From: a virus
Length of the DNA: 64,000 nt
Reading direction: 5' to 3' (one strand)
Virus record (IMG/VR): IMGVR_UViG_3300045988_121070
Under the pieces are notes generated by a model. The model worked only from the letters and a program-made list of their open reading frames with translations. It did not search any database and was not told the origin of the DNA. A program made the position numbers and the translations under genes. This document shows positions 1-9,236 of this stretch, piece after piece (position 1 is the first letter of the stretch; the number at the start of each line of letters is the position of its first letter).

Positions 1-151
1 CTCCTTATTATACGATAGTGGCGCTATCTGATAGGGGGGGGGTAATTGGCGAACATGGGTCCAAATCAAATGGCCCCAACTCATCGATAACCCACTTTGG
101 TGTGTACCACTCATCGGAACTTACTACGGGATTGCGCTGTGTCTTGTTCAT
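1..151 (-). CDS. Phage Dam-type DNA N6-adenine methyltransferase, N-terminal part. The gene runs off the window edge and its frame is broken at a C9 tract.
   Basis: ATG at 151. Translation is MNKTQRNPVVSSDEWYTPKWVIDELGPFDLDPCSPITPP, carrying the (S)DEWYTP...LDPC signature of phage Dam-family enzymes. As written it stops at pos 1-3. With 8 rather than 9 C (sense strand, + strand G9 at 34-42) it stays open to the window edge (..PPYQIAPLSYNKE). Confidence 0.5.
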
Positions 152-154
152 TGC

Positions 155-376
155 TTATCTTGAATTATAAAGTGTGAAAGTATCTGGAATAAAGTGGCAG
201 AAGACCACTTGTTTTTTCTCGTCACAGCCGCCATAAAACGGGCAATCGTACTCCAACCACGAGCCGACATGAACTAAAGTCGGTCCTATTTTGCAGGTGT
301 CACAAGTAGCCTTCATCCCATGCGGACAGGGAGTCTTACTACTTTTAGATTTCATCTTAAACTTTATCTCCTCCAT
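155..376 (-). CDS. Hypothetical Cys-rich small protein (73 aa)
   Basis: ORF in the co-oriented block, tightly packed with its neighbours. Multiple Cys/His residues (CPHG..CDTC..CPFYGGC..CH) suggest zinc binding. Confidence 0.45.
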   Translation of the reverse strand: MEEIKFKMKSKSSKTPCPHGMKATCDTCKIGPTLVHVGSWLEYDCPFYGGCDEKKQVVFCHFIPDTFTLYNSR

Positions 377-611
377 TCTCTTTTACTTCATCAGGATTGT
401 AGGGTTGGCCACAGAAAGGGCAATACTTCGGATAGAGGTTAATGTCCTTTGGGTTCTTCGCACGAGAGCCATCCCTTTTGCTGGGATAGTAATAACCAGT
501 AACGACCATACGAGCGGTGCCGTCACTCATCAGCGCATAGTTAGCAAGAGCAGAGTCATTGAATTTCTCCTTCAGTTGCTTATTCCAGTTGTTAATACAA
601 TTACATGCCAT
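357..611 (-). CDS. Hypothetical protein (84 aa)
   Basis: ORF overlapping both neighbours by a few codons in the same orientation. Has a CPFCG motif near the C-terminus. Confidence 0.45.
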   Translation of the reverse strand: MACNCINNWNKQLKEKFNDSALANYALMSDGTARMVVTGYYYPSKRDGSRAKNPKDINLYPKYCPFCGQPYNPDEVKENGGDKV

Positions 612-858
612 AATTTTTGCGTAAAAATTTGTCTAAGGATGCGAGAGAATTTTCTATTATAATGATAACGATAGCCAATGCGCCAAAAAGACTGATGAAA
701 GGAAGACAGGCAATCATCCAATCTCTCATATATGAAGAATGGAGGCGCTGACCATTTTTAACCAGGCGAGAAATCTTCACAAGCTGGAATACTGATACTA
801 TAAGCATCGGTATCAAACAGCCGTAGAAGAGAATATCAAAAAACAAATCTTTCGTCAT
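601..858 (-). CDS. Small membrane protein (85 aa)
   Basis: Two hydrophobic segments (ILFYGCLIPMLIVSVFQLV and IACLPFISLFGALAIVIIII). Confidence 0.45.
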   Translation of the reverse strand: MTKDLFFDILFYGCLIPMLIVSVFQLVKISRLVKNGQRLHSSYMRDWMIACLPFISLFGALAIVIIIIENSLASLDKFLRKNYGM

Positions 859-1447
859 TTTTACTTAGGAGTTTGAAGGTGTAGGCCACGACTGTAGGGT
901 TGCTTTCCCAGGTGCCTTTGCCACAGATACTGTTGAACATGTCGGCGAATGCTTCGCGGGGGTTACAGTGGACGTAGTGGAAGATATGGACGTGGTACTT
1001 ACCGTTAGCGAGACGCTTACGTTTGATGTCTATCCAGGTATAGTCGCCCTCTTCGCCCGTTTCGAGGTTCCGGCATGGAACGTCACCATGAACGATACCC
1101 TCACGCATGATGTCGGCATCAGATATATCCTGAAGGAGCTGGTTGCGCTTCTCGATGATTTCTATACGATGCTGCATCAGTTCTGGACGCACGTAGAGTT
1201 TGTTTTCCCAGCCAGGGTGACGGGTAGGGTCTTCACAATCGAGTTCACGTTTTAGGCGATTGAGGTAGGCTTGTTTCTCTACATCAGGAAGACCGCGATA
1301 GATGAAACCGTAGGCTTCGGAAATAGCCAGGACTTCGCCCACGTCATACTGGCGATCTGTAGTCAGTCGGCGTGTGTTGTCCTTCAGTCCCTCAATGATA
1401 AGTTGGGTGAGAGCCTGACGGAAACGGATAGAGCGTAACTTATTCAT
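836..1447 (-). CDS. Hypothetical protein (203 aa), possibly ASCH/PUA-like at the N-terminus
   Basis: Long ORF in the operon. The N-terminal IRFRQALTQLIIEGLKDNTRR weakly resembles ASCH-type domains. Confidence 0.55.
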   Translation of the reverse strand: MNKLRSIRFRQALTQLIIEGLKDNTRRLTTDRQYDVGEVLAISEAYGFIYRGLPDVEKQAYLNRLKRELDCEDPTRHPGWENKLYVRPELMQHRIEIIEKRNQLLQDISDADIMREGIVHGDVPCRNLETGEEGDYTWIDIKRKRLANGKYHVHIFHYVHCNPREAFADMFNSICGKGTWESNPTVVAYTFKLLSKNDERFVF

Positions 1448-2007
1448 TGCTTTATCTTTTGCAGGCGTTCGTCAATAAATTCGAGGTCATCATCATGGTA
1501 TGTCATACCATTCTCGGTGTTGTGCCACATATTATAGTATGTGGTGTGGAAGAAGTCGATGGGGTGATCATCGACCAGCACTTCCTCGTCGGTATCGATG
1601 ACACGGGCACGGATTTTGGGCCAATCCTTTTTATGTGCCATGCGACGCATCCAGTCCTCGTGTTTCTGACGGATAGACTCAGGATTGCGCCACTTGCATT
1701 CGTCGCAGCGGTAGTGGCCCATTCCGTCGCAAGAGCCTTCAGGCGTACCTTTTTCGTAATCGTCACAGTCGAAGTCATCGGCAGGCGATGCCAGTACCCG
1801 CTGGTTATCTTTGCCAAAAGAGGGCTGCTGAATAATCATTACCTTGGGAGCCAGTTTGCTCATGCCTTGCATGAAGCTGGTCATTACAGGCATAGGGCAT
1901 GGTTCATTAGACATCCGTCGGATGTTGACCATAGCAAGGCTTTTGCCTTCGTCCTCTGTCACAAGGTCGAGCGCTATATAGACGCGATAGTTTTTCTTGT
2001 TTGCCAT
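1444..2007 (-). CDS. Hypothetical protein (187 aa)
   Basis: Long ORF whose ATGA overlaps the upstream gene stop. Cys cluster CDGMGHYRCDEC. Confidence 0.6.
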   Translation of the reverse strand: MANKKNYRVYIALDLVTEDEGKSLAMVNIRRMSNEPCPMPVMTSFMQGMSKLAPKVMIIQQPSFGKDNQRVLASPADDFDCDDYEKGTPEGSCDGMGHYRCDECKWRNPESIRQKHEDWMRRMAHKKDWPKIRARVIDTDEEVLVDDHPIDFFHTTYYNMWHNTENGMTYHDDDLEFIDERLQKIKQ

Positions 2008-2009
2008 TG

Positions 2010-2255
2010 TTAATTCTTTAATATGAGCCGGAGAGCGAAAAGGGCGTTACCAGCATCGCCTACACGGACTACTTCGTTATATACTCGTTCAAGACTTCGA
2101 GGATTGACCTCTTTAAACTTGTTCATTTCAGGGACGGTCAGTTTGTGACCTGCAATCGTAGCGATTTTGAAGATCATGGCGGTGCGGCTGAGACCGTTGC
2201 CTGCAAAGGGTGATTTTGCCCCCCCCTGATGCTTGGATGTTTGAAATATATTCAT
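2010..2255 (-). CDS. Hypothetical protein (81 aa) containing an in-frame G8 tract
   Basis: ORF reads KHQGGAKSP across C8 at 2219-2226 (+ strand). Confidence 0.45.
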   Translation of the reverse strand: MNIFQTSKHQGGAKSPFAGNGLSRTAMIFKIATIAGHKLTVPEMNKFKEVNPRSLERVYNEVVRVGDAGNALFALRLILKN

Positions 2256-2310
2256 GGGATTTTGAGGTTTTAAAGTCGCGATAAAATCGCGACATACAAG
2301 AAACGGGACA

Positions 2311-2673
2311 TTATTCGACTGGAATTACATTGGTAATGTCGTAGGCTTCACCACCTTTGCCAAAATCAACAGAGACACAACGGTCAGGACCACACCAGAA
2401 AACACCTGTATCGGCGAGAGTACCACGTTGTTTGCCAACCATGACCTTTTGACCTTTGCTTAACTTGCCGAACCATCGCTGTTGGAGAGTTTTACTCCAG
2501 ATGACTTCAAGGCGTTTGCCGCTATGGTCGTAGTGTACTGCCATGCCACCGAAGGTTGGTTCAAGAGCTTCTACCTTTTCGACGATCTGACGTTTAGAGA
2601 GGACAACATCAAAGTCCAGTTTTGCCAGTAGTGCATCTGGCAGTTTTTTACGAATTGCTGTTATAGGTTCCAT
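2311..2673 (-). CDS. Hypothetical protein (120 aa)
   Basis: ORF packed between the methyltransferase gene and a C-module repeat. Confidence 0.55.
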   Translation of the reverse strand: MEPITAIRKKLPDALLAKLDFDVVLSKRQIVEKVEALEPTFGGMAVHYDHSGKRLEVIWSKTLQQRWFGKLSKGQKVMVGKQRGTLADTGVFWCGPDRCVSVDFGKGGEAYDITNVIPVE

Positions 2674-2674
2674 A

Positions 2675-3442
2675 TTAAAATAATGTTTGTTGTGATAATT
2701 CTATTTTGATATTCTTCTCAGCCATTGCGAAATACTCAGGATGAATTTCAAAGCCAATGTAATGGCTTTTCTCCTTGATAGCTGCTATGGCTGTTGTTCC
2801 GCTACCTATGAAAGGGTCGAGAATTACCCCCCCCCGTGGCACGAAAAAATGTATGAGCGTCTGAGGTAAAAGAAGCGGGAATGCTGCCCGATGCTTACCT
2901 TTGTGGTTCTTTCCAATTCTCAACACATTGGATAGTTTACCACGTTCAGCGTTCAATAGAGGAAACTGGCGGCCTTTACAGTCGTGCTTATCGAAAGCGA
3001 TGATAAATTCATACTCACAGTTGAGCACTCCTGAGTGCATGGCCGGTTCAGACGATTTCTTATCCCAGATAAGGATATCACGGATGCGGTCAGCATAGTG
3101 GCCAAAGATTTTCATCAGAGCCACCTTATTACCTGTTATCATCATTATGTTATAGAAGACAGGTCCATTGCTGACACGTAACATTTCGTCGATACACTGA
3201 CATTGCCAGTTGAAATAGTCATCCATTGACATTGCATCATTCACACGGTTGTCGTAACGATTAGCAGGGAGGCCGGTATAACCAAACGTCTCTCCTTTCG
3301 TCCATTTGGTATATTTACCAGAATGGATGCGTAGGCCGAAGTTATAAGGCGGTGAAGTGATAACAGCATTTACGCTGTTATCCTCCATCTGCCTCATTCC
3401 TTCGAGACAATCCATGTTGTATATGGTGTCAATGTTCATCAT
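2675..3442 (-). CDS. DNA methyltransferase, beta class (N6A or N4C)
   Basis: Motif IV (VITSPPYNFG) precedes motif I (GGVILDPFIGSGTTAIAA). The likely start is MMNIDTIYNMDC at 3442; the tracked ORF up to 3619 overlaps the upstream gene. The GG of GGVIL is encoded by a 9-nt homopolymer at 2827-2835, in frame. Confidence 0.9.
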   Translation of the reverse strand: MMNIDTIYNMDCLEGMRQMEDNSVNAVITSPPYNFGLRIHSGKYTKWTKGETFGYTGLPANRYDNRVNDAMSMDDYFNWQCQCIDEMLRVSNGPVFYNIMMITGNKVALMKIFGHYADRIRDILIWDKKSSEPAMHSGVLNCEYEFIIAFDKHDCKGRQFPLLNAERGKLSNVLRIGKNHKGKHRAAFPLLLPQTLIHFFVPRGGVILDPFIGSGTTAIAAIKEKSHYIGFEIHPEYFAMAEKNIKIELSQQTLF

Positions 3443-3443
3443 A

Positions 3444-4271
3444 TTACTTCTGCTCTTCAGGAATTGGTTTGAAGACCAGGGCCGACCATAGCGCAGCGAA
3501 TTGGCGACCAGCGTATTTCGCAAGTTCGCTCGATTTGAAGGCCAGGCGAGCGCCGAAGCACGCGTTCGAGCGCGAGAAACCGAGACTCGAGTCCGCAGCC
3601 GAAAGACCGCAGCGCGCACCGCTAGCCGCGAGACCCCCGACGATCAGCAGCTGTGCCTTATCATCCTCACTCATTTCGTCTATCTCCTTCTGGGTATAGA
3701 GGTAGAAGTAAGGATAGTAGCGATATTCATCCTCAGTGAATTGTGGCACCCATCCTTCATTGAGGGCATAGGTGATGATGCGGAGCTGGATGTAAGCAAG
3801 CAGGTCAGGTGTACGTGGCGAATTAAACCAGAGGTCTATCATCAGTTCGTTAGCCAGTTTGTCGCCAGCCTGAGCACGGCGATTGAGGTCATTGCAAGCA
3901 TCCTCAAAGGTCTTGATGCGTTCTGTGACGGGGCGGTTGTCTGGAGTTTCTGTTTCATCCGCAGGTATGATGCAAGACCAATCCTCTGCCAAAATATCCT
4001 CCCATGAGGGAATGTAGTAGGTGGCAGAAGCCGGTGTTTTACCGTCGTCTGTGAAGGTAATCATAATCACCTGGTCGTGGTAGGATATTTCGCCACTTCC
4101 AACGGTGCTAATCTTTGGTTTGATAGATGCTGGCAGGGATGTCATCTTTGGCACCACATCCTTTGCTATACATTGGGGGATCTGCATGACGATTTCCTGA
4201 TTGTCATGCCACGTAGAACGGGAGGCATGGCCACCCTTTTTCAGACATTCAATAACTGCTGGAAAATTCAT
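3444..4271 (-). CDS. Protein with a DUF2829-like N-terminal domain
   Basis: MNFPAVIECLKKGGHASRSTWHDNQEIVMQIP resembles the DUF2829 pattern F.eAi.alk.Gkk..R.gW. The start is taken at 4271, downstream of an inverted A-module hairpin at 4292-4311. Confidence 0.6.
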   Translation of the reverse strand: MNFPAVIECLKKGGHASRSTWHDNQEIVMQIPQCIAKDVVPKMTSLPASIKPKISTVGSGEISYHDQVIMITFTDDGKTPASATYYIPSWEDILAEDWSCIIPADETETPDNRPVTERIKTFEDACNDLNRRAQAGDKLANELMIDLWFNSPRTPDLLAYIQLRIITYALNEGWVPQFTEDEYRYYPYFYLYTQKEIDEMSEDDKAQLLIVGGLAASGARCGLSAADSSLGFSRSNACFGARLAFKSSELAKYAGRQFAALWSALVFKPIPEEQK

Positions 4272-4316
4272 ATTACTTTTGGTTATTAGACCCCGCCGTT
4301 CTCGGCGGGGCATGGG

Positions 4317-5147
4317 TTATTGTTTTGTATCGGCGACAGAATCGCCGAGCACACTGTTATGTAGATCGGGACAGATAGACCAATCACGGCAGAAGCGGCG
4401 GATAGACTCTTTCCAAAGGATGCGGAAGTTGTGCTCTTTGGAGAGGCGCTGCACTTCACGGATGAAGCGCTCGCACTGGGCGGAGTCGTAGCGTTTCTTG
4501 CTGTAAGGAGAGAGTAGGCCAATGCGGAACTCCTGGCAGTCGGAGGCAATGGTGCGGATGATTGCCAGTGAGGAAACGAAGTCGATGACCGGCTCCATGC
4601 TGGCAAAGGTGCGGAACTGCATCTTTGAGAGATAGATAAGTGCTGTCTGACGCGATACGTTAGCCGGAGCACCAGGTTCGAGTTCGTCGTGGCCGGTGAG
4701 TGTGAAGCCGATGGTGAGGAGGTCACGGTGTGCATAGAGTGTGCCCATTACCCAATCCTCACGTACCCACCATGTAGCCTTGGTGAGGATGATGACGGGC
4801 ACCTGTTGGCTGAAGGCATATTCTATGCAGCTCAGGGTGAGCGTGATTTCCTCACGCAGCATCGGGTCTGTTGAGAAAGAAAAGAACAGCCCGCCATCGG
4901 CGGTAATCTGGTCACGATATTTATCAAGTTCTTGGCAGAAAAGATGATACGCTTTCTTAGGATCACCACCGAGTAGGGCCTTAATCTCTGGCACATCCTT
5001 ACCGAGAGTATGGCCAAACACACCACGCTTACAGTAGCAGTAGGTACAGGAATGAGAGCAGCCGTTGTAGAGGTTGCAAGCCCATGTGCTGTATTCTGCA
5101 GCAGCACCGTTAGGGCGGTAGATGGCGAGGTTCTTTGTTTTACTCAT
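4317..5147 (-). CDS. Radical SAM enzyme (276 aa)
   Basis: CxxxCxxC cluster motif: NGCSHSCTYCYC. Confidence 0.8.
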   Translation of the reverse strand: MSKTKNLAIYRPNGAAAEYSTWACNLYNGCSHSCTYCYCKRGVFGHTLGKDVPEIKALLGGDPKKAYHLFCQELDKYRDQITADGGLFFSFSTDPMLREEITLTLSCIEYAFSQQVPVIILTKATWWVREDWVMGTLYAHRDLLTIGFTLTGHDELEPGAPANVSRQTALIYLSKMQFRTFASMEPVIDFVSSLAIIRTIASDCQEFRIGLLSPYSKKRYDSAQCERFIREVQRLSKEHNFRILWKESIRRFCRDWSICPDLHNSVLGDSVADTKQ

Positions 5148-5195
5148 TTATCATAATTATTATTATATTGCAGTGGATATAACGCATCCATATAC

Positions 5196-5655
5196 TTAAC
5201 TTTCGGCGGTTTGGCGAGCCTTTTCGCAGACGAAAATCAGTGCTTGTTTGAGGACACCTGTTGCTGTTTCCCACTGACGTTGCAGTGCGTTGATAGCCAC
5301 TTTCTTCTCGTGTTTGAGGTCATAGATTTTCTTCTGCATATTGATGTCATTAAGTTGCATCTGATGATCGAGATTGTGCATTTCCTGACGCAGTGCTAAT
5401 GCTTTTTCGCGCTCATCGGGTGTGCCACCAGAGGGCAGTTGTGACCGTTTGAGGTCGATAAGGCAGATGATGCGGTTGCGTTCTACCTGCTGTTCGGTAC
5501 GGACGTTGAACACGTCATTGTCGCACTTGGTGCGGATCTGCATGATAGCTTCATCACGGTAGGTATTGACTTTACCAAACCATGCTCGTACTTCTTCCTC
5601 GGAGAGCTGTTTCAGGTCTTCCAGGGGGGGGGTAATTTACGAAATTTTGTTCCAT
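5196..5655 (-). CDS. Hypothetical coiled-coil protein with its 5' end frameshifted at a C9 tract
   Basis: ATG at 5655 gives MEQNFVNYPP, then goes out of frame at the sense-strand C9 (+ strand G9 at 5624-5632). With 8 C it reads MEQNFVNYPPLEDLKQLSEEEVRAWFGKVNTYRDEAIMQIRTKC.., joining the 115-aa ORF 5196-5543. Confidence 0.5.
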
Positions 5656-5714
5656 TGTTGTAAGATATTAAGAAATTGATACTATTGAGAGCCAGCCGAG
5701 AGCGGCTGGGCACT

Positions 5715-6647
5715 CTATACAAGCGTAGCTGCTTCTCCGGCATAGATGCGCATGGCCGGAAGAATGGCATCGTGAATGAGTTGAGCAGCGATGTGGGCAT
5801 TAGGATGCGGTTTGCCTGTCTCTCCAGTAAGACGGAGGCGCATGATGTTACGCCACTCGAAGACGTTATAGGTGTAGGCGACGCGTGTTCCAGCGTCGAG
5901 TACCAGAAATCCTCGTGCATCCTGAGCAGGAAGACCGAGTAAAAGGGCGAGTTTATAGGCCCATTCGCTACACTTCCACATGACACGGGCCAACAGTCGC
6001 TTAGACCAGTGAGCGCACTGGAACCAATGCGGCAGACAGATGGTAATACCACCCTTTTTGCCGAAGTTGACATAGCGGGTAGATTGTTCTGCGATGTTGT
6101 TGGGCGATGTGCGGTTTAGTTCACGGCTGGTAGATATCTGCGTGGTGACGCAAACCGTATAACGCACCAGGTTCATAGCTGCTGGGAAATTATCAGACGT
6201 AGCGTGTTCGACGAACTGCTGGAGTGTCACCTCGTATGGACGCAGCTTTTCTTCGATGCTGGGACTATCCATGAGATACTGGATGTTGGTGCTGATATAA
6301 TAGCAGCGTGTCTTTGCCTTTTTATCCTTATGATAGCGGATGCCCACATAGGGTGTGTTTGTGAGGACCGTAAAGAGCCAAAGCGGTGGTTGAGAGGACG
6401 CTTTCTTACCACCATTGCTGGGTGTAGCGTTAGTCAGTTCTGAAGGAACAACATCAGAAATAATGAAGTAACGTGATCCATGTCTGAACATCGACAGATG
6501 GTTACGTTTCTTCAACATTTCGCAGAACTCTTCTGCGGTTTTCTTGCCGCCTTCAGAGGCATAGCAGAGACGGGCAGCCCGTGCTACCTGTTCGTGCCAG
6601 TCTTCAGGAGCCGGCCAAAGTTCGACTGATGGTTTGATGAGATACAT
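5715..6647 (-). CDS. thyX: ThyX-like flavin-dependent thymidylate synthase family protein
   Basis: ThyX-like core SRELNRTSPNNIAEQSTRYV (compare SR..RHR..S...QSqRY) and C-terminal W..IMRLR. The canonical RHR triad is not conserved. Confidence 0.7.
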   Translation of the reverse strand: MYLIKPSVELWPAPEDWHEQVARAARLCYASEGGKKTAEEFCEMLKKRNHLSMFRHGSRYFIISDVVPSELTNATPSNGGKKASSQPPLWLFTVLTNTPYVGIRYHKDKKAKTRCYYISTNIQYLMDSPSIEEKLRPYEVTLQQFVEHATSDNFPAAMNLVRYTVCVTTQISTSRELNRTSPNNIAEQSTRYVNFGKKGGITICLPHWFQCAHWSKRLLARVMWKCSEWAYKLALLLGLPAQDARGFLVLDAGTRVAYTYNVFEWRNIMRLRLTGETGKPHPNAHIAAQLIHDAILPAMRIYAGEAATLV

Positions 6648-6654
6648 ATTTTAT

Positions 6655-7647
6655 TTATCTGAGAGTTATGCCCACTTCCTTACACCTGGCAAAGAAATAG
6701 TTGATGGTGATGGTTGTGGGATTGTTGTTGTAATCGAATTTGCGCTGACAGTCGGTAGCGTTATACTTAGAGCTGATGGCAGACACACGATGGAAGAACT
6801 TACTACCCCATGGTTCAGGGAGTGTGGCCAGTGACATGCCGAGACGAATCCATACGTCGTAATCGTTGGTGATATCGGTGTGTGTCAGTTCCAGTTTCTG
6901 CACCAGGCGCTCCACCTTATTGATAAGATCATCGTCCGTCTCGATGCGCTGTGTATAGACAGCAGCTTTCGGTGCCAACATCTGTTCGCCGAGGTCCACT
7001 CCAGAGTACGGAATGGCGTTGACGTTGATGTATGGCTTATCGTCGTAGGAGGCGAAGCGGATGCGCGTGGTGTCAGCACATTTGCGGTCGAGTGTGATGC
7101 CGAGAGCACCATATTCGCGGATGAGTGCGGCAAACTGTTGGCGATGGTATTGCGGGTATGCCAGCGGTATGAGAGCGAAATAGCCCGTTCCTGAGCATGA
7201 CTTCATCAGCAGTGCCACCTCTGGGCGGTGTCGGAGTGTGCGCAGGATAACCTTCATGTCAGCGAGCGACTGGTTATCCTGGTGATCGATGTCGATGCAA
7301 AGGAAGCCTGTGTGTTGCTGCAGATGAGCCTGGCGGCGCGACACATTCTCATAGCGCTGGTATTTCTCATTCCACACCTCGCGAAGTTCAAAGAGGCCGG
7401 ACAATGTGGCTCCAGGCAGGAGCGTCTTCGTCTGGCGGTAGTCATCCCGTGCCTTTGCCTCCTTTTCGCCATACTGAGCCACCATCGCCCTCAGTTTTTC
7501 GACCACAGGTTTCCAGCGGTCCGTCAGACAGAACTCGCGGATGGTCATCTGCTGGATGATCTCGCCAGTTTCCATGTCAACGAATCGCCCATAGTTGTCA
7601 TGGGCATCAGTATAGACAGAGCAGAGAACGTCGAACGGGTCAGTCAT
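6655..7647 (-). CDS. Primase-like protein (VirE/BT4734-type N-terminal domain plus PriCT-like C-terminus)
   Basis: FLCIDIDHQDN...MKSCSGTGYFALIP, followed by DVWIRLGMSLATL..FFHRVSAISSKYN, which resembles primase C-terminal (PriCT) domains. Confidence 0.5.
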   Translation of the reverse strand: MTDPFDVLCSVYTDAHDNYGRFVDMETGEIIQQMTIREFCLTDRWKPVVEKLRAMVAQYGEKEAKARDDYRQTKTLLPGATLSGLFELREVWNEKYQRYENVSRRQAHLQQHTGFLCIDIDHQDNQSLADMKVILRTLRHRPEVALLMKSCSGTGYFALIPLAYPQYHRQQFAALIREYGALGITLDRKCADTTRIRFASYDDKPYINVNAIPYSGVDLGEQMLAPKAAVYTQRIETDDDLINKVERLVQKLELTHTDITNDYDVWIRLGMSLATLPEPWGSKFFHRVSAISSKYNATDCQRKFDYNNNPTTITINYFFARCKEVGITLR

Positions 7648-7650
7648 ACC

Positions 7651-8037
7651 TTATTTATTTTTATAATAGCGGTGGGTTAAAGCCCAGAACCATTCTACGG
7701 TGATATTGAGGAACCATGCTCCGAATAAGCCGGTACCAAAGAGCCAGAACGAGCGCCAGAACATGAACGAGAGGCCGAAGGCGGTAGCAGCCATCAGCAG
7801 CTGTAAGCAGAACTCGGTAAAGTAGTCCTTTGCGAAATAACTGTGTCGCCAGCGCCATTCCTTTTCGTTGGAGGGGTCTTTGGCGAACTGAATCGTGATG
7901 CAGCCCACTGTTGAGAATGCTCCGAGGATGAGTCCGACAATGAATGAAGCACCCTGGATGAATGGATGTTGCCATAGGAATATACCGATGATGGCGGAGA
8001 GGAATACCCAGTTGAGTAGGATGAGATAATGTTTCAT
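7651..8037 (-). CDS. Membrane protein (128 aa, about 4 TM segments)
   Basis: Four hydrophobic helices. A Bacteroidota-type promoter lies directly upstream. Confidence 0.6.
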   Translation of the reverse strand: MKHYLILLNWVFLSAIIGIFLWQHPFIQGASFIVGLILGAFSTVGCITIQFAKDPSNEKEWRWRHSYFAKDYFTEFCLQLLMAATAFGLSFMFWRSFWLFGTGLFGAWFLNITVEWFWALTHRYYKNK

Positions 8038-8065
8038 ATCTAAGATTATATTTGTTATTTTGGCG

Positions 8066-8096
8066 CAAAATTAAAGATAAACTTTGATTTTACAAA
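8066..8096 (-). promoter_or_regulatory. Bacteroidota-type promoter for 7651-8037
   Basis: The minus strand reads TTTG (8096-8093), a 19-nt spacer, then TAATTTTG (8073-8066), matching -33 TTTG / -7 TAnnTTTG. Confidence 0.55.
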
Positions 8097-8810
8097 ATAA
8101 AATACCAATTATTTTCTGATTTGATATAAGTTTTAACACTTCCGAGGGAGATTTTTCCCTGAACGAGGAGATTTTCTTCCTTGAACTATCAAAATAACTT
8201 TTTGCAGCCCCATCCATCGGAACATGCAAGGTTGAAATTCGGGTAAAAAGTCGTGGAGAGTTACGGAAAGTTGTCAAAAAGACGTTTTGTTTTTCGTGTA
8301 AGTCGCTGATATTCATAGTGTTATTATGGTAAAAGTTATTTTACCACCTTTTTCTTCAAACTTTAGCGCATACAGGAGAAAAATAGAAATTCAGAAATAA
8401 CACTGAAAAGGAGCAAAACACGCCGCTTAACTGCTAACCCCGTTCCCCCACAACTTATTGATACTCAAAGGAGAAAGCGGAGCTTTCGCTTTATTGCTCA
8501 ATCACTTTTAGGGTGCGGGATTTTATTTTTTCTCCAAAAGAATTTTTCGCAAAATTAGGATGAGGTATGCCAAAATAATGTCATTTTGACTTTTTGGAGG
8601 GAGAAAATGGGCGCGAGGTGCGGTAGATAGGGAGAAGTGAGGGAGAATGATGCCATCCTTGAAATTACTTTTGCCGTCACTGAGGGGTGCGGGGTGGATA
8701 GATAGACCCAGCCGAGAACGGCTGGGAGTGGCTGAAGAGTCCTGGCCGCTATGACATAGCGACATACAGAACGGGAGCGGGAAAATAATTAGAAAATAGT
8801 GGCGAGAAAG

Positions 8811-8842
8811 TTTGCGTATGTCGCGGAAAATGATTATCTTTG
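8811..8842 (+). promoter_or_regulatory. Bacteroidota-type promoter inside a 0.9-kb non-coding region
   Basis: TTTG at 8811-8814, a 20-nt spacer, then TATCTTTG at 8835-8842. Confidence 0.5.
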
Positions 8843-8849
8843 CACCATA

Positions 8850-8988
8850 GATTAAATTGGGGTAATATGCGCCTTTTGTCGCTATATGGAAGATAGCGGC
8901 GTTGCCGCTATGAATGATACCACCGTAGGTGCCCGCCAGTGACACCGACACTGACACAGCGCCCAGCCGAGAACGGCTGGGCTTTTTG
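8850..8988 (+). ncRNA. Candidate small RNA of about 140 nt (promoter-to-terminator unit with no credible ORF)
   Basis: Bounded by the promoter at 8811-8842 and the intrinsic terminator GCCCAGCCGAGAACGGCTGGGC + TTTTT (8961-8987). It has internal stem-loops and only an Arg/Glu-rich junk ORF. Confidence 0.3.
8961..8988 (+). terminator. Intrinsic terminator (A-module hairpin plus T5)
   Basis: A 9-bp GC stem with an AGAA loop, followed by TTTTT. Confidence 0.6.
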
Positions 8989-9236
8989 ATTAGTAACGAG
9001 CCACAGGGAGAGTACGGAGAGGATATTACCAACAGAGCGCGGAGGTGGCGATACAATCGCCACACAATAGACGAAACGGGGAGAGAGAATAATTGTAAAG
9101 AACGCCAGAAAGGGCGCGAGAGAGAATATTACCAACGGAGCGCAAGAGAGGATATTAGTAAAGGCGGTGGCCGTGCTTCACAGCACAGCCACCGAACGAA
9201 AGAATTACCGACAGAGCGGTAGTACAAGATGTATCT

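Noticed and set aside
2675-3619. The 314-aa version of the methyltransferase ORF, and similar long N-terminal extensions of dut (to 22384), HNH (to 21923), 54992-55831, 57420-58052 and 62519-62998.
   Set aside because: The extensions run through the upstream gene end, promoter or repeat modules and translate to Arg/Cys-rich junk. Internal ATGs sit directly after the neighbouring stop or leader, and the recognisable domain begins there.
8523-9222. ORFs 8523-9065(-), 8908-9135(-) and 8929-9222(+) in the non-coding island.
   Set aside because: Their translations are dominated by repeat-module peptides (PSRSRLG, QPFSAG) and Arg/Glu runs. They have no leader or promoter in the correct orientation. 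They are more consistent with non-coding DNA.
8320-9236. Search for tRNA genes in the larger intergenic regions (8.3-9.2 kb, 29.46-29.63 kb, 31.55-31.76 kb, 47.57-48.02 kb and 63.4-64.0 kb).
   Set aside because: I found no GTTCGAATC-like T-arm consensus and no cloverleaf-compatible inverted repeats at tRNA spacing. The hairpins present are the A/B/C modules.
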